A stretch of DNA of 64,000 nucleotides from an uncultured Clostridium sp. Its GTDB lineage: Bacteria > Bacillota > Clostridia > TANB77 > CAG-508. The notes below the pieces were generated by a model that was given only the letters and a program-made list of their open reading frames with translations, was not told where the DNA came from and made no database searches. Shown here piece after piece: positions 1 through 10,446 of this stretch (the first letter of the stretch is position 1; every line of letters begins with the position of its first letter). Where the stretch lies: the NCBI GenBank assembly GCA_930982035.1, contig CAKNJL010000003.1:858-64857 (forward strand), given 5' to 3'. The translations under genes were made by a program, and so were the position numbers.

Positions 1-253
1 ATATAAATTTTGCCCATTCTTTAGATGGTTTATCAAACTTCTTAATGTTTAATTCTTTGTCCTTGAAAATGCTTTCGTCTAATTCAAATGTATTTACTGT
101 TTTTACTCCGTCCTTGCCTTTTTACTACTCTTTCTGCCATGAATTCTGCTTGTTTTTTTATTGTTGTACAATAGAAACCTTTTCCAAAATCCTTATATGG
201 TCTACATTTTGATAAATCAATTTTACTAATTTTTAAATTTGAGCCATGATATA
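1..253 (-). pseudogene. DUF3990-family protein, 5'-proximal part (window edge), apparent frameshift in an A5 run
   Basis: Minus-strand translation from ATG at 253-251 reads MILYHGSNLKISKIDLSKCRPYKDFGKGFYCTT..., typical DUF3990 start; frame breaks after ...VVKRQ at gtaaaaagg and continues in another frame as ...TFELDESIFKDKEL...KFDKPSKEWAKFI to window edge; paired with DUF3791 gene downstream. Confidence 0.4.
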
Positions 254-256
254 ATA

Positions 257-481
257 TCATTTAATATCTCCTCCATTATTAATACATACTTGTTTTAAAT
301 CATCTATAGCATCATCTAATCCTACGGTGTGTTCTGCTTCATAATTTTCTTTTAAGAATTCAATTCCTTTAAAATTTCTTAAATATAAGTATGCTTCTTT
401 ACTTGTCATTTTAAATTGTTTTGCAAATTCGTTAATGCATATTACTATATAATTGATTATATTTTTTTGTTGCTTAGACAT
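257..481 (-). CDS. small DUF3791-like protein (commonly paired with DUF3990)
   Basis: 74-aa ORF, 4-bp gap from DUF3990 ORF, composition/length typical of DUF3791; RBS ggagg upstream. Confidence 0.45.
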   Translation of the reverse strand: MSKQQKNIINYIVICINEFAKQFKMTSKEAYLYLRNFKGIEFLKENYEAEHTVGLDDAIDDLKQVCINNGGDIK

Positions 482-664
482 ATTTTCCCTCCTGTCATTA
501 TTATTTATCTACTATAACTAGTATAACATTTTTTATATAGTATTTCCAACCTTATTGAGAAATCTTTTATCTTTCATAACCTTATTGCATACTTCTGTAC
601 TCTCTATAATATTTTACATATTCATATTAGAAATTCCTTTGTATATATATAATAACATTTCTAT

Positions 665-1231
665 TTATTGTAGACATTTTTCTTTCCTAATTTTCTTTAA
701 CATTTCTATCACATTATCTATATTTTTCCATTTTATAAATGTAAAGTTATCATCCTTGTTTTCATATGCTTTTTCCATTTCTTCAACAGTTATATATTTC
801 AAATCACTTACTTCCTCTTCTTGTTTAGTATAATCCTCTATTTTATAATCAACAATTGCAAAATAACTATATATAAAATGTCTATTAGTTACTTGATAAT
901 CTGGAATATAAACTTCTTCTTTTTTTACACTTAATAACTCAAATTTATCTAATGGAATTTTTACTCCAATTTCTTCGCAAGTTTCCCTTTGAACTGCTTG
1001 TAGTGGTGTTTCTCCACTATCAACATGCCCACCTGTTCTTGTCCATTTTCCTGGGTTTATTTTCTTTTGCATTGATCTTTGTTGAAATAGCAATTCTCCT
1101 TTTTTATTCATTATCCATACACCAACATGTATATGCCATAATCCTTTTTCATGTATAACTTTTCTTTCCTCTACCTGACCTGTATAATTTCCATTTTCAT
1201 CTAACACATCTAGCAATTCCATATTATTCAC
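665..1231 (-). CDS. NUDIX hydrolase
   Basis: Nudix box GGHVDSGETPLQAVQRETCEEIGV (GX5EX7REUXEEXGU); paralog of 20877..21425. Confidence 0.8.
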   Translation of the reverse strand: MNNMELLDVLDENGNYTGQVEERKVIHEKGLWHIHVGVWIMNKKGELLFQQRSMQKKINPGKWTRTGGHVDSGETPLQAVQRETCEEIGVKIPLDKFELLSVKKEEVYIPDYQVTNRHFIYSYFAIVDYKIEDYTKQEEEVSDLKYITVEEMEKAYENKDDNFTFIKWKNIDNVIEMLKKIRKEKCLQ

Positions 1232-1242
1232 CTCTTCTTAAT

Positions 1243-2904
1243 TTATTTTAAAAGTTCTTCAATTTTTACTTGCAATTCATTACAAATCTTTAATAAAGAT
1301 TCTAATCTCATGCCAGCCAGTCCTCTTTCTATTATACTCATATACCTACTACTAACATCTAATCTTTCAGCTAATTCTTCTTGTGTGTATCCTCTTTCCC
1401 ATCGTATCTTTTTTATATTTTGTCCTATCTTTCTACTATCAAATTTGTATTTTACTATATTTTCTTTTTTAGATTTGTCTTTTTCACTTAATGCCATTAA
1501 AATATCTTCTTTTGACATATCTTGTTCTTCCTTAGCTTTAACATCTTTCTTTTTTACTTTGCTTTTTTCTTGAAAAATCTTTACATTCAAAACTTCTAAA
1601 ATATCTTTAATATTTTGTTCTAAAATTTCCTGCTCATTACTTAAGTTTTTTAGTTTTTTTATTAAATTTTCTTCTTCTATTTTTGTTTTTTCTCTTTTTT
1701 TTCTGATATATTTTCTTATTGATAGATTATATTCATTCATTTTTATTTCATTTTTACTAACATTTCGCGAATATCCTTCTATATTTTTACTATTATGATA
1801 TGTATCTATAATCTTTTTTTGATTTTCTTCTGTTAATATATTAGTTCCTTTTTCTGTTTTATAGTCATTACTAGCATCTATAAACAATATTGTATCTTTT
1901 TTTCTATTTTTAGCTATAATTAATATAATAACTGGTATCCTTGTATCATAAAATAAATTTTCTGGAAGTCCTATAATAGCATCTATTTCATTTTTTTCTA
2001 TTAATGTTTCTCTTACCTTTTTTTCATTTTCTCTAAATAAAACTCCATGTGGTAAAATAACTGCTATTTTTCCATTATCCCCCAGTCTTTCTATCATTTT
2101 TATCACATATGCGTAATCCCCAACAGCATTTTCTGAAAGACCATATTCTTTGAATAATGGTGTATATTCTATATTTTCTTTCCAATTTTTTTGTGAAAAA
2201 GGAGGATTTGAAACTATGCAGTCAAATTTTATATTTCTTATTTTATCTTCGTTCTGATATATTTTCGGCTGACTTTCCATTTTCTTTAATAAAATTCTTG
2301 TCTTTAAAATATTATAACCTTCTATATTATCCTCTTCTCCAAAAGTCTCTACCTTGTTCTTTTCCATTGCTTTTATAAGAATATTTCCACTACTACACAT
2401 TGGATCATATATTTTTACATTTTCTTTTTCTACTATCATATCTACCATTGTGTTTGCTATTTCTTTTGGTGTATAAAATATTTTTTCTGTTCTTCTTACA
2501 TCTCCTTGCATTGCTGATTGTTTTATTGCAAATTCATATGCTTCTGCAACATATTTTTTATCATATTCTTTGCATAGCTCATAAATTTGATCAATTGCTA
2601 TAGTTAAAATATTTTTCTCTCCTAAATTTCTATAAAAAACTATATTTTTAAATTGTATATCAGAAAATAATTTTTTGTCGCCTATTTCATCTCTCAATTT
2701 TTCGATATTTTTATCTATTGCTATGTTTATATAATAATTATCTCTATCTTTATATATCATTTCAAAATTTTTTTCATTATTTTTATAATATCTTAAATAT
2801 AATAACGCAGACATATATTCCATATAGTTTGTATTCATATTTGTTTTATTCTTAAAATCACTGCACAATTTCCAAAATTGATCATAGATTTTATTCCTAT
2901 CCAA
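1243..2904 (-). CDS. N6-adenine DNA methyltransferase (type I HsdM-like) with C-terminal XRE-family HTH domain
   Basis: Motif I YDPMCSSGNILI and motif IV IVSNPPF; last ~65 aa IGQNIKKIRWERGYTQEELAERLDVSSRYMSIIERG = XRE HTH; 8-nt start/stop overlap with specificity gene. Confidence 0.7.
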   Translation of the reverse strand: MDRNKIYDQFWKLCSDFKNKTNMNTNYMEYMSALLYLRYYKNNEKNFEMIYKDRDNYYINIAIDKNIEKLRDEIGDKKLFSDIQFKNIVFYRNLGEKNILTIAIDQIYELCKEYDKKYVAEAYEFAIKQSAMQGDVRRTEKIFYTPKEIANTMVDMIVEKENVKIYDPMCSSGNILIKAMEKNKVETFGEEDNIEGYNILKTRILLKKMESQPKIYQNEDKIRNIKFDCIVSNPPFSQKNWKENIEYTPLFKEYGLSENAVGDYAYVIKMIERLGDNGKIAVILPHGVLFRENEKKVRETLIEKNEIDAIIGLPENLFYDTRIPVIILIIAKNRKKDTILFIDASNDYKTEKGTNILTEENQKKIIDTYHNSKNIEGYSRNVSKNEIKMNEYNLSIRKYIRKKREKTKIEEENLIKKLKNLSNEQEILEQNIKDILEVLNVKIFQEKSKVKKKDVKAKEEQDMSKEDILMALSEKDKSKKENIVKYKFDSRKIGQNIKKIRWERGYTQEELAERLDVSSRYMSIIERGLAGMRLESLLKICNELQVKIEELLK

Positions 2905-3460
2905 CCTCTTTTCCTCCTTCTATAATTTGCTCAATTATATTTGAATATAACATCTCTTTAGTATCTATCATGTCTTGCATAATCTTTTTTTCTTGATTCC
3001 ACACATCTATTAAATCTTTTATATTCTCTTGTTTTTTTATATCTACTTCTGGTATTTCTATTTTTTTTAATGATGCTATTGAGATTTTTTGTATGCTTGA
3101 ACCTATTTGCTCTATCAGAACTTTTTCTCTTCCTGATTGACTCTCTAAATACCATTTTAAGAAAGTTGGATTGATTTTTTCCTTATTTGCCCTTATTATA
3201 CATAATTGAGATGGAACTAATAAATTTTCCTCTTTTTTACTTACATAAATTATTTTGTTGGGAGCAACTAATCTGAAAAGTAGGTCTCCCTGCTTAGTTG
3301 TCCTATCAGAAAAATCTTTTTGCGTCTTTACTGTCTCATATTCGCGTTTTTCTTCATAATTTTTCAAGTTAAATATTTGATATTCATGTTCTCCTTCTTC
3401 TGATATTTCTCTATTTACTAGTATGCCAATTGATACATTTGCTATTTCACCTAATTTCAT
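2897..3460 (-). CDS. restriction-modification specificity subunit, half-length single-TRD (HsdS-like)
   Basis: 187 aa; MKLGEIANVSIG... TRD start and conserved C-terminal helical region typical of type I S subunits; translationally coupled to methyltransferase; no R subunit in window. Confidence 0.6.
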   Translation of the reverse strand: MKLGEIANVSIGILVNREISEEGEHEYQIFNLKNYEEKREYETVKTQKDFSDRTTKQGDLLFRLVAPNKIIYVSKKEENLLVPSQLCIIRANKEKINPTFLKWYLESQSGREKVLIEQIGSSIQKISIASLKKIEIPEVDIKKQENIKDLIDVWNQEKKIMQDMIDTKEMLYSNIIEQIIEGGKEVG

Positions 3461-4020
3461 TATTGCTCCCTCCTCTTCTACACTAAACTCTTCTTCCTTC
3501 TTGGTTTGTTACTTAGCTGTATTTTTATTGAAATTACAATAAAAAGCATTTCTCCATCTCCTTTCTTTTGTAATCCCAGAAGATGTGTTTTTTAGTACTT
3601 TGCTTTTTTTGTGATTATATGCTATAATTAGGTTGGTTTAAATACTGCAAAGTATTTTTTCTAGTTTTAAATAAGTGTCCGGCTTATTTAAAACTTTTAT
3701 TAATATTTTCTTCTGGTTGTACTCAAAGTCTAACAGAATTTTTGATGTTTGTCAAGTAAAAAAAACATTTAATTTTAAGAAATGTAATTTCTTTTGAAAA
3801 TAAAATATTTTATTTTCACTTTACACTGCAAAACTAAAGACTTTCATAGAGTTTCCTATAATAAGAAAGGCGTGCGTTAACGAAATCAAAGATTTCGACG
3901 CACACATGTGAAGACTGCTTCGCAGTACTTCACGAATATCAGAAGCCTAACCTTGTTGTATACGGAAAAATCCACATCGGGTCAAGATAAAATCCGATTT
4001 TTCCTATACAATAAAAAAAT

Positions 4021-4054
4021 ACTGAGTACCAAAGTTTAAACTTTATCACTCAGC
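4021..4054 (-). terminator. rho-independent terminator of GNAT gene (overlaps stop)
   Basis: minus strand ctgagtgataaagtttaaactttggtactcag followed by tattttttt. Confidence 0.5.
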
Positions 4055-4573
4055 TTTTATATCATAGATATATCCTACTTCTTTATATTTTTTTCCTTCT
4101 ACTTCGAAATATTTTTCATCTTCTAATAACTTCCCACCTATTTTTTCATAAAATTTTCTTGCATTTTCATTTTTTTCTAAACACCTTATTACCATTTTAG
4201 TTTTACTTTTATTTCTCAAGTCATTTATTGCATATTCTACCAATTTTTTTCCTATTCCATTACCCAATTTTTCATAATCAACATATAATGCTATAATCTC
4301 CGAATCTATATCTGTATCTTTATAAGTCACATTATCATCATATCTACAGTATCCTAGCACTATTCCCTCTTTTTCTGCTACTATTACATTACCAATATTA
4401 TAGCGTTTTTTCCATCTTTCTATTTTTTTATCTCTATCAATATTATTTAAAATTTCATCATCTATTATTCCTTTATATATCTTTTTCCAATCTTTAATGT
4501 TTATATCAACAATTTTTTCTATGTCCATATATTTTACTTTTCTAATTATCACATCATCTATAATCATTTTCAT
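4046..4573 (-). CDS. GNAT family N-acetyltransferase
   Basis: 175 aa, acetyl-CoA binding-like motif VGYCRY...GNGIGKKLVEYAI. Confidence 0.65.
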   Translation of the reverse strand: MKMIIDDVIIRKVKYMDIEKIVDINIKDWKKIYKGIIDDEILNNIDRDKKIERWKKRYNIGNVIVAEKEGIVLGYCRYDDNVTYKDTDIDSEIIALYVDYEKLGNGIGKKLVEYAINDLRNKSKTKMVIRCLEKNENARKFYEKIGGKLLEDEKYFEVEGKKYKEVGYIYDIKAE

Positions 4574-4690
4574 ATTTACTACCTCATTTCTTTAACATTT
4601 TATCACTTCTATATTTTTCTTTTCAATACTTTTTGTATCAATTATTTTAACTATTTTGACTTAATAAATATTTATATATAACATCCTTAT

Positions 4691-5239
4691 CTATATACTT
4701 TGAAAATAACTAATTATACCATTATATATTCCCCATGCTAATTGATTTTGATATTCATCTTGTTGAAGTTCTTTTTCTTCCTGCTGATTAGAAAGAAATC
4801 CACATTCTACAATTGATATTGGTATTTCTACATGTTTCATAATATATATTGTATTTAATTTCATAGCAATTCTATTATTTTCTTTTTGAATCGTTTCATT
4901 TAAGTTTCCTTGTATTTGTTCTGCAAGTTCTTTACTTTTTTCATTTTTTGTATTGTAAAATGTTTGCCAACCATAATATTGTTGTTGACTAATTTTATTT
5001 AAATGTATTGAAACAAATATGTCTGCTGATGATTCATTTCCTATTTTTACTCTATTATGAATATCTGAAACCTTTTTTTGTCTTAATGTTTTTGAGTCTA
5101 AATCATATATAGCATTTTCATCTGACCTTGTTAAAATTACTGTACATCCTGATTGCTCTAAGAGTTGTTGTAGTTTCAATGCTATTTTTAAATTAATTTG
5201 TGCTTCTGTTGTTCCATTACTACTTTCTGCTCCGTTCAT
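4691..5239 (-). CDS. Amidase_3 N-acetylmuramoyl-L-alanine amidase (CwlD-like), 3' portion of a gene interrupted by an integrated element; 5' portion at 21561..21764
   Basis: ADIFVSIHLN and surrounding Amidase_3 motifs; ORF lacks signal peptide and the IDAGHGG start of the domain; upstream in-frame stop 8 codons before Met. Confidence 0.8.
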   Translation of the reverse strand: MNGAESSNGTTEAQINLKIALKLQQLLEQSGCTVILTRSDENAIYDLDSKTLRQKKVSDIHNRVKIGNESSADIFVSIHLNKISQQQYYGWQTFYNTKNEKSKELAEQIQGNLNETIQKENNRIAMKLNTIYIMKHVEIPISIVECGFLSNQQEEKELQQDEYQNQLAWGIYNGIISYFQSI

Positions 5240-5307
5240 CTGATGGGTACTTTTTACTGCATTTTAATATTTAATTAAAAATCTAATTTTATTTAGATTA
5301 CTTTACA

Positions 5308-6825
5308 TTAAAAATTAAATTCTATCTCAACTTTCTTATCTTCATATACTTCAATTCTATTTATTACTTGTTTTAATATTTCATTTGTGAATTCTTTACC
5401 TTGTTTAAAATCCATAATAATTTTCTTTAAGTTTTCTTCTGATATTTTGCTTTTATTCTTTTCTTGTAATTGTTCTAAAGATTTTTTAGTTTCTTTTAAT
5501 TTACTTTTAAATTCATCATACTGCAATTTAAAGTCTTTTATTGATATTTTTCCATCTACTCTTTTACTATATAGTTTTTTCATTTCATTATCTATTTTCG
5601 TTTCATTGTTTTTGAGTAATTTCATTTGCTTATAAGTTATATCATTTTTTCTATATTCATCAGTAATTTTATTTGTGGCTATATTAATATTTATTGTATT
5701 CAATTTTTGTTTTACAGCATTTAATACTATTTCATTTAATGTACTCTCCATAATCGTATGTCCTTTGTCACATATACTAGGAAATTTATAAATCATTCTA
5801 CATTTAAAATACCAACATTTTTGAGGATTATCTAACACCTTATTTCTTATTTTAGTTCTTGTTCTATATTTATATTGCATTCTTGCCCTGCAATGTCCAC
5901 AATATACCAATTCTTTTAATAAATACTCATATTTGTTTTTAGGTTTATAAAACTTCTCTTTCAGCATTTTTTGTACTTTGTCAAATTGTTCTTGTGAAAT
6001 TATCGCTTCATGTGTATTCTCTTTAAAAATCCATTCTTCTTTGGGTGTTTTATATTTTTTCTTTGTTCTGTAATCTGTATATATTTTATTTATTATCATC
6101 TTACCTGTATAAAATGGATCTTTTAGAATTCTACTTATACTATCACTTCGCCATTCATTAATTGCTACCTTTTGCCCTTTATATTTTTTTGGTGTATCAA
6201 TTTTCATTTTAGTTAAATATTTTGCAATTTCTCCTTGTGAATGTCCTTGTAAATACATTTCATATATCAATTTCACATTATCAGCCACTTTTTCATCTAT
6301 AACCACTTTGTACTTATTTTCATCATCTTTCTTATATCCATAAGGTACATTTTTTTCAACATATTTTCCTTGTTTTTTCATATCAGTTTTTACAGATTTT
6401 ATCTTCTTAGAAATATCTGCAATATAACTTTGATTCATTATCCCTCTTAGCATTATAGTATCATCAATTTCATATCTTTCGCCACTATCTATAAATTCTG
6501 TTACAGAAATTAGTCTAACATCATTATCTGGGAAAAAAACTTCAGTATAATAACCTGTTTTATTTTTATCTCTAGTTAATCTCGATAAATCTTTAATAAT
6601 AACCATGTCTATTTTTTTTCTTAAAATATCTACTATCATTTTATTTAAAGCTGGTCTTGAGTCTAAAATACCTGAATATCCATTATCTACATATTCATTA
6701 ATTACATTAATATTATGTTTTTTAGCATAGTTTAAAGTAATATCTCTTTGTGCCTCTATACTATTATTCGTATTTGTATCTTCTTTTGATAGTCTTAAAT
6801 AAATTCCTGCTTTATATTCTTTCAT
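5308..6825 (-). CDS. large serine recombinase (resolvase catalytic domain + recombinase domain + zinc ribbon + coiled coil)
   Basis: N-term GIYLRLSKEDTN...DLSRLTRD catalytic domain, C-terminal CGHC.. zinc ribbon, 505 aa; 63 bp from element left junction. Confidence 0.85.
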   Translation of the reverse strand: MKEYKAGIYLRLSKEDTNTNNSIEAQRDITLNYAKKHNINVINEYVDNGYSGILDSRPALNKMIVDILRKKIDMVIIKDLSRLTRDKNKTGYYTEVFFPDNDVRLISVTEFIDSGERYEIDDTIMLRGIMNQSYIADISKKIKSVKTDMKKQGKYVEKNVPYGYKKDDENKYKVVIDEKVADNVKLIYEMYLQGHSQGEIAKYLTKMKIDTPKKYKGQKVAINEWRSDSISRILKDPFYTGKMIINKIYTDYRTKKKYKTPKEEWIFKENTHEAIISQEQFDKVQKMLKEKFYKPKNKYEYLLKELVYCGHCRARMQYKYRTRTKIRNKVLDNPQKCWYFKCRMIYKFPSICDKGHTIMESTLNEIVLNAVKQKLNTININIATNKITDEYRKNDITYKQMKLLKNNETKIDNEMKKLYSKRVDGKISIKDFKLQYDEFKSKLKETKKSLEQLQEKNKSKISEENLKKIIMDFKQGKEFTNEILKQVINRIEVYEDKKVEIEFNF

Positions 6826-6843
6826 AGTTATTCCATTCTAAAA

Positions 6844-8409
6844 CTATAATTTATCAAAAACATTATATTTGTAATTAATATAAATTTTATTTTCCTTGTC
6901 AATTTCTATATTGTAAATAATCTCAGATAATTTATCTCTATCCCAGTTTTCAATATTAGATAATTCATTCATAATAGATATTAATCTTTCTTTTGTTATT
7001 ATTGGTCTTTTTTCCTTTTCTTTTAAAATAGAATTAAGATTATTCTTTATGTTTGTTCTTCGTTCTATTTCTGTTTTATAGAATCTTTTATAATCATCAA
7101 TTTCTATAATATCATTTTTATAATCTTCATATAGTGAAGTTATTGTCTTATCAGTTTTCTCAAGTTGCTTTTCAAGAATTTTTATATTATCATCATATAC
7201 CTTTGTACTATTTTCTTTATACTGATTTAAAATTAAGTTTTCTAATTTATCGCTTTTACTTATATTGCTTAGCTTTTCTTTTACATTTCCTATAACTATT
7301 TTTTCAACTATTGTTTCATCAATTGCTTTGTACTTTCTGTTACAATCAGTAGTATTATTCTTTCTTACAGCAGTTCCACAATATATTTTTTTGGACTTAA
7401 TATTTCCATTTTTATTTCGATTTACTTTAATTACCATTTTTGTTCCACATTCTTTGCAAAATACAATTCCATTTAATTTCCATTCATATTTTCTATGCCT
7501 TGTTTTTTTATGAACACTTAATTTAGTTTGGACTCTTTCAAATTGTTCTTTTGAAATAATTGGCTGATGTGTATTTTCTACAATTTGCCATTCTTCTCTT
7601 GGTATAATTTTTACTTTTTTCGATTTATAACTTAGATTAATCTTTTTGCCATACTCTGTATGCCCAATATAGACTTTGTTTTTTAGAATCCTACTAATAG
7701 CCTCATCTCTCCAATTATAATCTCCGTTTTTAGCCCCTCCAAAATCGTAATAATCTGGACAATATATTTGTTGTTCTTTTAAATACTTGGCAATATCAGT
7801 AATCTTTTTTCCTTCATCATACATATTAAAAATCTTTTTTATAACTCTCGCTTGCTCTTTATCTATCTCTAATTTATTTTTATTATCTTTGCTTTTTTTA
7901 TATCCATAAGGAGCTTTTGCTGCTAAATACATTCCTTTTTCTTTTCTAGCCCATACACCGCTTCTTACTTTCCTTGAAATATCTTTACTATACCAGTCAT
8001 TAATTAGAGTTTTAAATTGTATCATATCATTATTTGAGTTTTTTAAATATGTATCTACATTATCTAAAATAGAAATGTACCTAATATTTTTTTCTAAAAA
8101 ATATATTTCTATGTAATAGTTAGCTTCAAAACTATTTCTTGAAAGCCTTGATAAGTCTTTAGTTATAACAGTATTAACGACACCATTTTCAATATCTGTA
8201 ATCATTTTTTTAAATGAAGGTCTATCTGTATTTAAACCAGTATATCCATCATCTATGTATAAATCATATAATTCAAATTCTTTTCCCAACTCTTTTATTT
8301 TATTTTCTATAATGCTTTTTTGACTAACAATACTATCACTTTCTTCCTTATCACCATCTTCCTTTGATAATCTTAAATAACCTGCCACTTTATATTTTGT
8401 ATTTTCCAT
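6844..8409 (-). CDS. large serine recombinase, second tandem copy (CcrA/CcrB-like pair arrangement)
   Basis: AGYLRLSKEDGD...DLSRLSRN, Cys-rich ribbon CKECGTK...C, 521 aa. Confidence 0.85.
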   Translation of the reverse strand: MENTKYKVAGYLRLSKEDGDKEESDSIVSQKSIIENKIKELGKEFELYDLYIDDGYTGLNTDRPSFKKMITDIENGVVNTVITKDLSRLSRNSFEANYYIEIYFLEKNIRYISILDNVDTYLKNSNNDMIQFKTLINDWYSKDISRKVRSGVWARKEKGMYLAAKAPYGYKKSKDNKNKLEIDKEQARVIKKIFNMYDEGKKITDIAKYLKEQQIYCPDYYDFGGAKNGDYNWRDEAISRILKNKVYIGHTEYGKKINLSYKSKKVKIIPREEWQIVENTHQPIISKEQFERVQTKLSVHKKTRHRKYEWKLNGIVFCKECGTKMVIKVNRNKNGNIKSKKIYCGTAVRKNNTTDCNRKYKAIDETIVEKIVIGNVKEKLSNISKSDKLENLILNQYKENSTKVYDDNIKILEKQLEKTDKTITSLYEDYKNDIIEIDDYKRFYKTEIERRTNIKNNLNSILKEKEKRPIITKERLISIMNELSNIENWDRDKLSEIIYNIEIDKENKIYINYKYNVFDKL

Positions 8410-9051
8410 AATAGTTACTCTCCTTCTTTCTCGATAGTAACTATTCCTTTATGTAACAAGGATTATACAAAATATTTTTGATAATATCCAGCATTTTTTT
8501 AATAATTACTATCTTTTAATTAGTGCTATTCAGTTTTTGAAGAGCATACCTACTCAGTATGTTATATATTTTTTCTATGTCATTATCTTTTTTAGTTCTT
8601 GCTATTACAGTATATTCTTGATTATCTATGGTATATGTAGTTTTTTCTTCTATGTAATCATTCACTCTAACACCAACTCCTTTATACACCATATTATCAA
8701 TCTATAAATTTTATTACTTTTGTTTATTAGTTATAATTGAATTTTCATTCACATAGGAGATTTGCCCTCCTCTCCTTTTCTAAGAAGCTATCCCTTTACA
8801 TTATGTTAGCCAGATAGAAGTTTCATTATATGTCTTATAACTAATTATGATACAAAATATTTGCTGTGTTTTTTTGACAATTATATTTTGTATATTTTTC
8901 AATGTGCTATTTTTGACTTTTATAGTATTTTGTAATACAATATTGTCAAACAACTTGTAATACGATTATAATTGTTTGATATTGGAAATAACACTATACA
9001 ACAGAAAAAAATTTTTTATTGATTTATGGTTGTTTGATAGGAGTGTAATTT

Positions 9052-9258
9052 ATGGATTTTTATATTGCTTTTGATAAAAATAGTAATACCGAATTTCTAT
9101 TATATAGGGATATGATTCATAAAGATAAAACTGATAAAACAGATGAACTTTATTATTCTGAACCTGTGTTCAAATGTAAAGTTATGCCAATTGGAACTTT
9201 CCTTTTAAATTTTTTAAATACAGATTTTAAAAGTAGAGATATTCGGAACTTTTATTAG
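9052..9258 (+). CDS. hypothetical small protein, possibly 5' part of a frameshifted gene continuing at 9377
   Basis: 68-aa ORF, different frame from downstream ORF, 118-nt gap. Confidence 0.25.
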   Translation: MDFYIAFDKNSNTEFLLYRDMIHKDKTDKTDELYYSEPVFKCKVMPIGTFLLNFLNTDFKSRDIRNFY

Positions 9259-9376
9259 CAAATATTGCTATTCATCTTTATATTATCCAAAATATCCCGA
9301 AAAGATAAAATCTGGAATTAATTTTATTGGTCTTGAATTAAATAAAAAAGATTATCTTTTAGGATTATTCGAACTT

Positions 9377-10171
9377 ATGCGTTCTGAAGAAGAACATTTT
9401 ATTAATGTCCAACATACATTTTTTAAACATTTGAATTTACCTTATGATAAGTCAATTGTAGATGATATTGAAGAAGATTATGATGATATACCTGCTACTC
9501 CTGAAGAAATAGAATTTGATAAAAAGTGGGATGAATATTTTGAGCAAAAAAGTAATCTAGCCCAAAAAAGACTTGATTTATTTAAGAAAAAATATCCCAA
9601 ATTATATGATGAGTATGAAAAACAACATTATAATCGTTTACAAAACTATAATGCAGAAAATGATATTATTGAAATCTCTGGATTAATAAATAGTTTAGCA
9701 TTAGACTTTACTTTTGGTGCATATTATTTATGTGGATATAATTTACCTTTGTATAATATACCTTATTGTTTTTGTAGTTCTGATGTTATAAGTATTTTAG
9801 CAATTGAATTTAAAGAGTTTATATCAGATAAACGCCATGTAATTAAGCAATGTAAAAATTGTGGAAGGTATTTTATTCCAGAAAATTTAAGGGATATTAA
9901 ATATTGTAATAATATTTTTAAAAATAACAAGACTTGTAAAGAATTAGGAAAACAACTAAGTTATAAAAAATCATTAAAAAACGATAAGTTACTTGATATG
10001 TATAGAAAAAGGTATCTTTCTTTGGCTAGTTCTGTTTCTCATTATGGTACTGAAAAAGCAATTGAAAGGTTTGAAAATTATAAAAAAGATGGAGCTATTA
10101 TGAAGAAGAAATATTTAGATAAGGAAATTAGTGCGAAAGAGTTTGAAAAGTGGATAAAAAATGCAAAATAA
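9377..10171 (+). CDS. hypothetical protein with CxxC...C zinc-ribbon-like motif
   Basis: 264 aa, CKNCGRYF...C motif; only plus-strand gene in this part of element. Confidence 0.4.
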   Translation: MRSEEEHFINVQHTFFKHLNLPYDKSIVDDIEEDYDDIPATPEEIEFDKKWDEYFEQKSNLAQKRLDLFKKKYPKLYDEYEKQHYNRLQNYNAENDIIEISGLINSLALDFTFGAYYLCGYNLPLYNIPYCFCSSDVISILAIEFKEFISDKRHVIKQCKNCGRYFIPENLRDIKYCNNIFKNNKTCKELGKQLSYKKSLKNDKLLDMYRKRYLSLASSVSHYGTEKAIERFENYKKDGAIMKKKYLDKEISAKEFEKWIKNAK

Positions 10172-10446
10172 TAATGTATAACATGATTTATGTAAAAATT
10201 ATAAGAATAAATATAAGAATATTAAATTTTACAATATAAGATAAAAGAAAGAGTAGTATATATTGTTAAATCAAACATTATATACTACTCCTTTTAACTT
10301 AGTCTTTCGGGTCTCTAACAACAGTTCTAAATGTAATGTTTGGGCTATCTTTTTCTGGATCTGCCCATGTTCTAAAAATAGGTGTATGTTTTTCTTTTTT
10401 CTTTATTAGTATTATTGTAATACTGTTGATTGTTTTGCTAATATAA

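Noticed and set aside
3840-4020. GC-rich island with several hairpins; considered tRNA or known small RNA
   Set aside because: No tRNA cloverleaf features (no GTTC-type T-loop, no CCA acceptor stem). More likely a decayed copy of the family A hairpin repeat (shares ggaaaaatc..gatttttcctatacaa), so kept only as a note.
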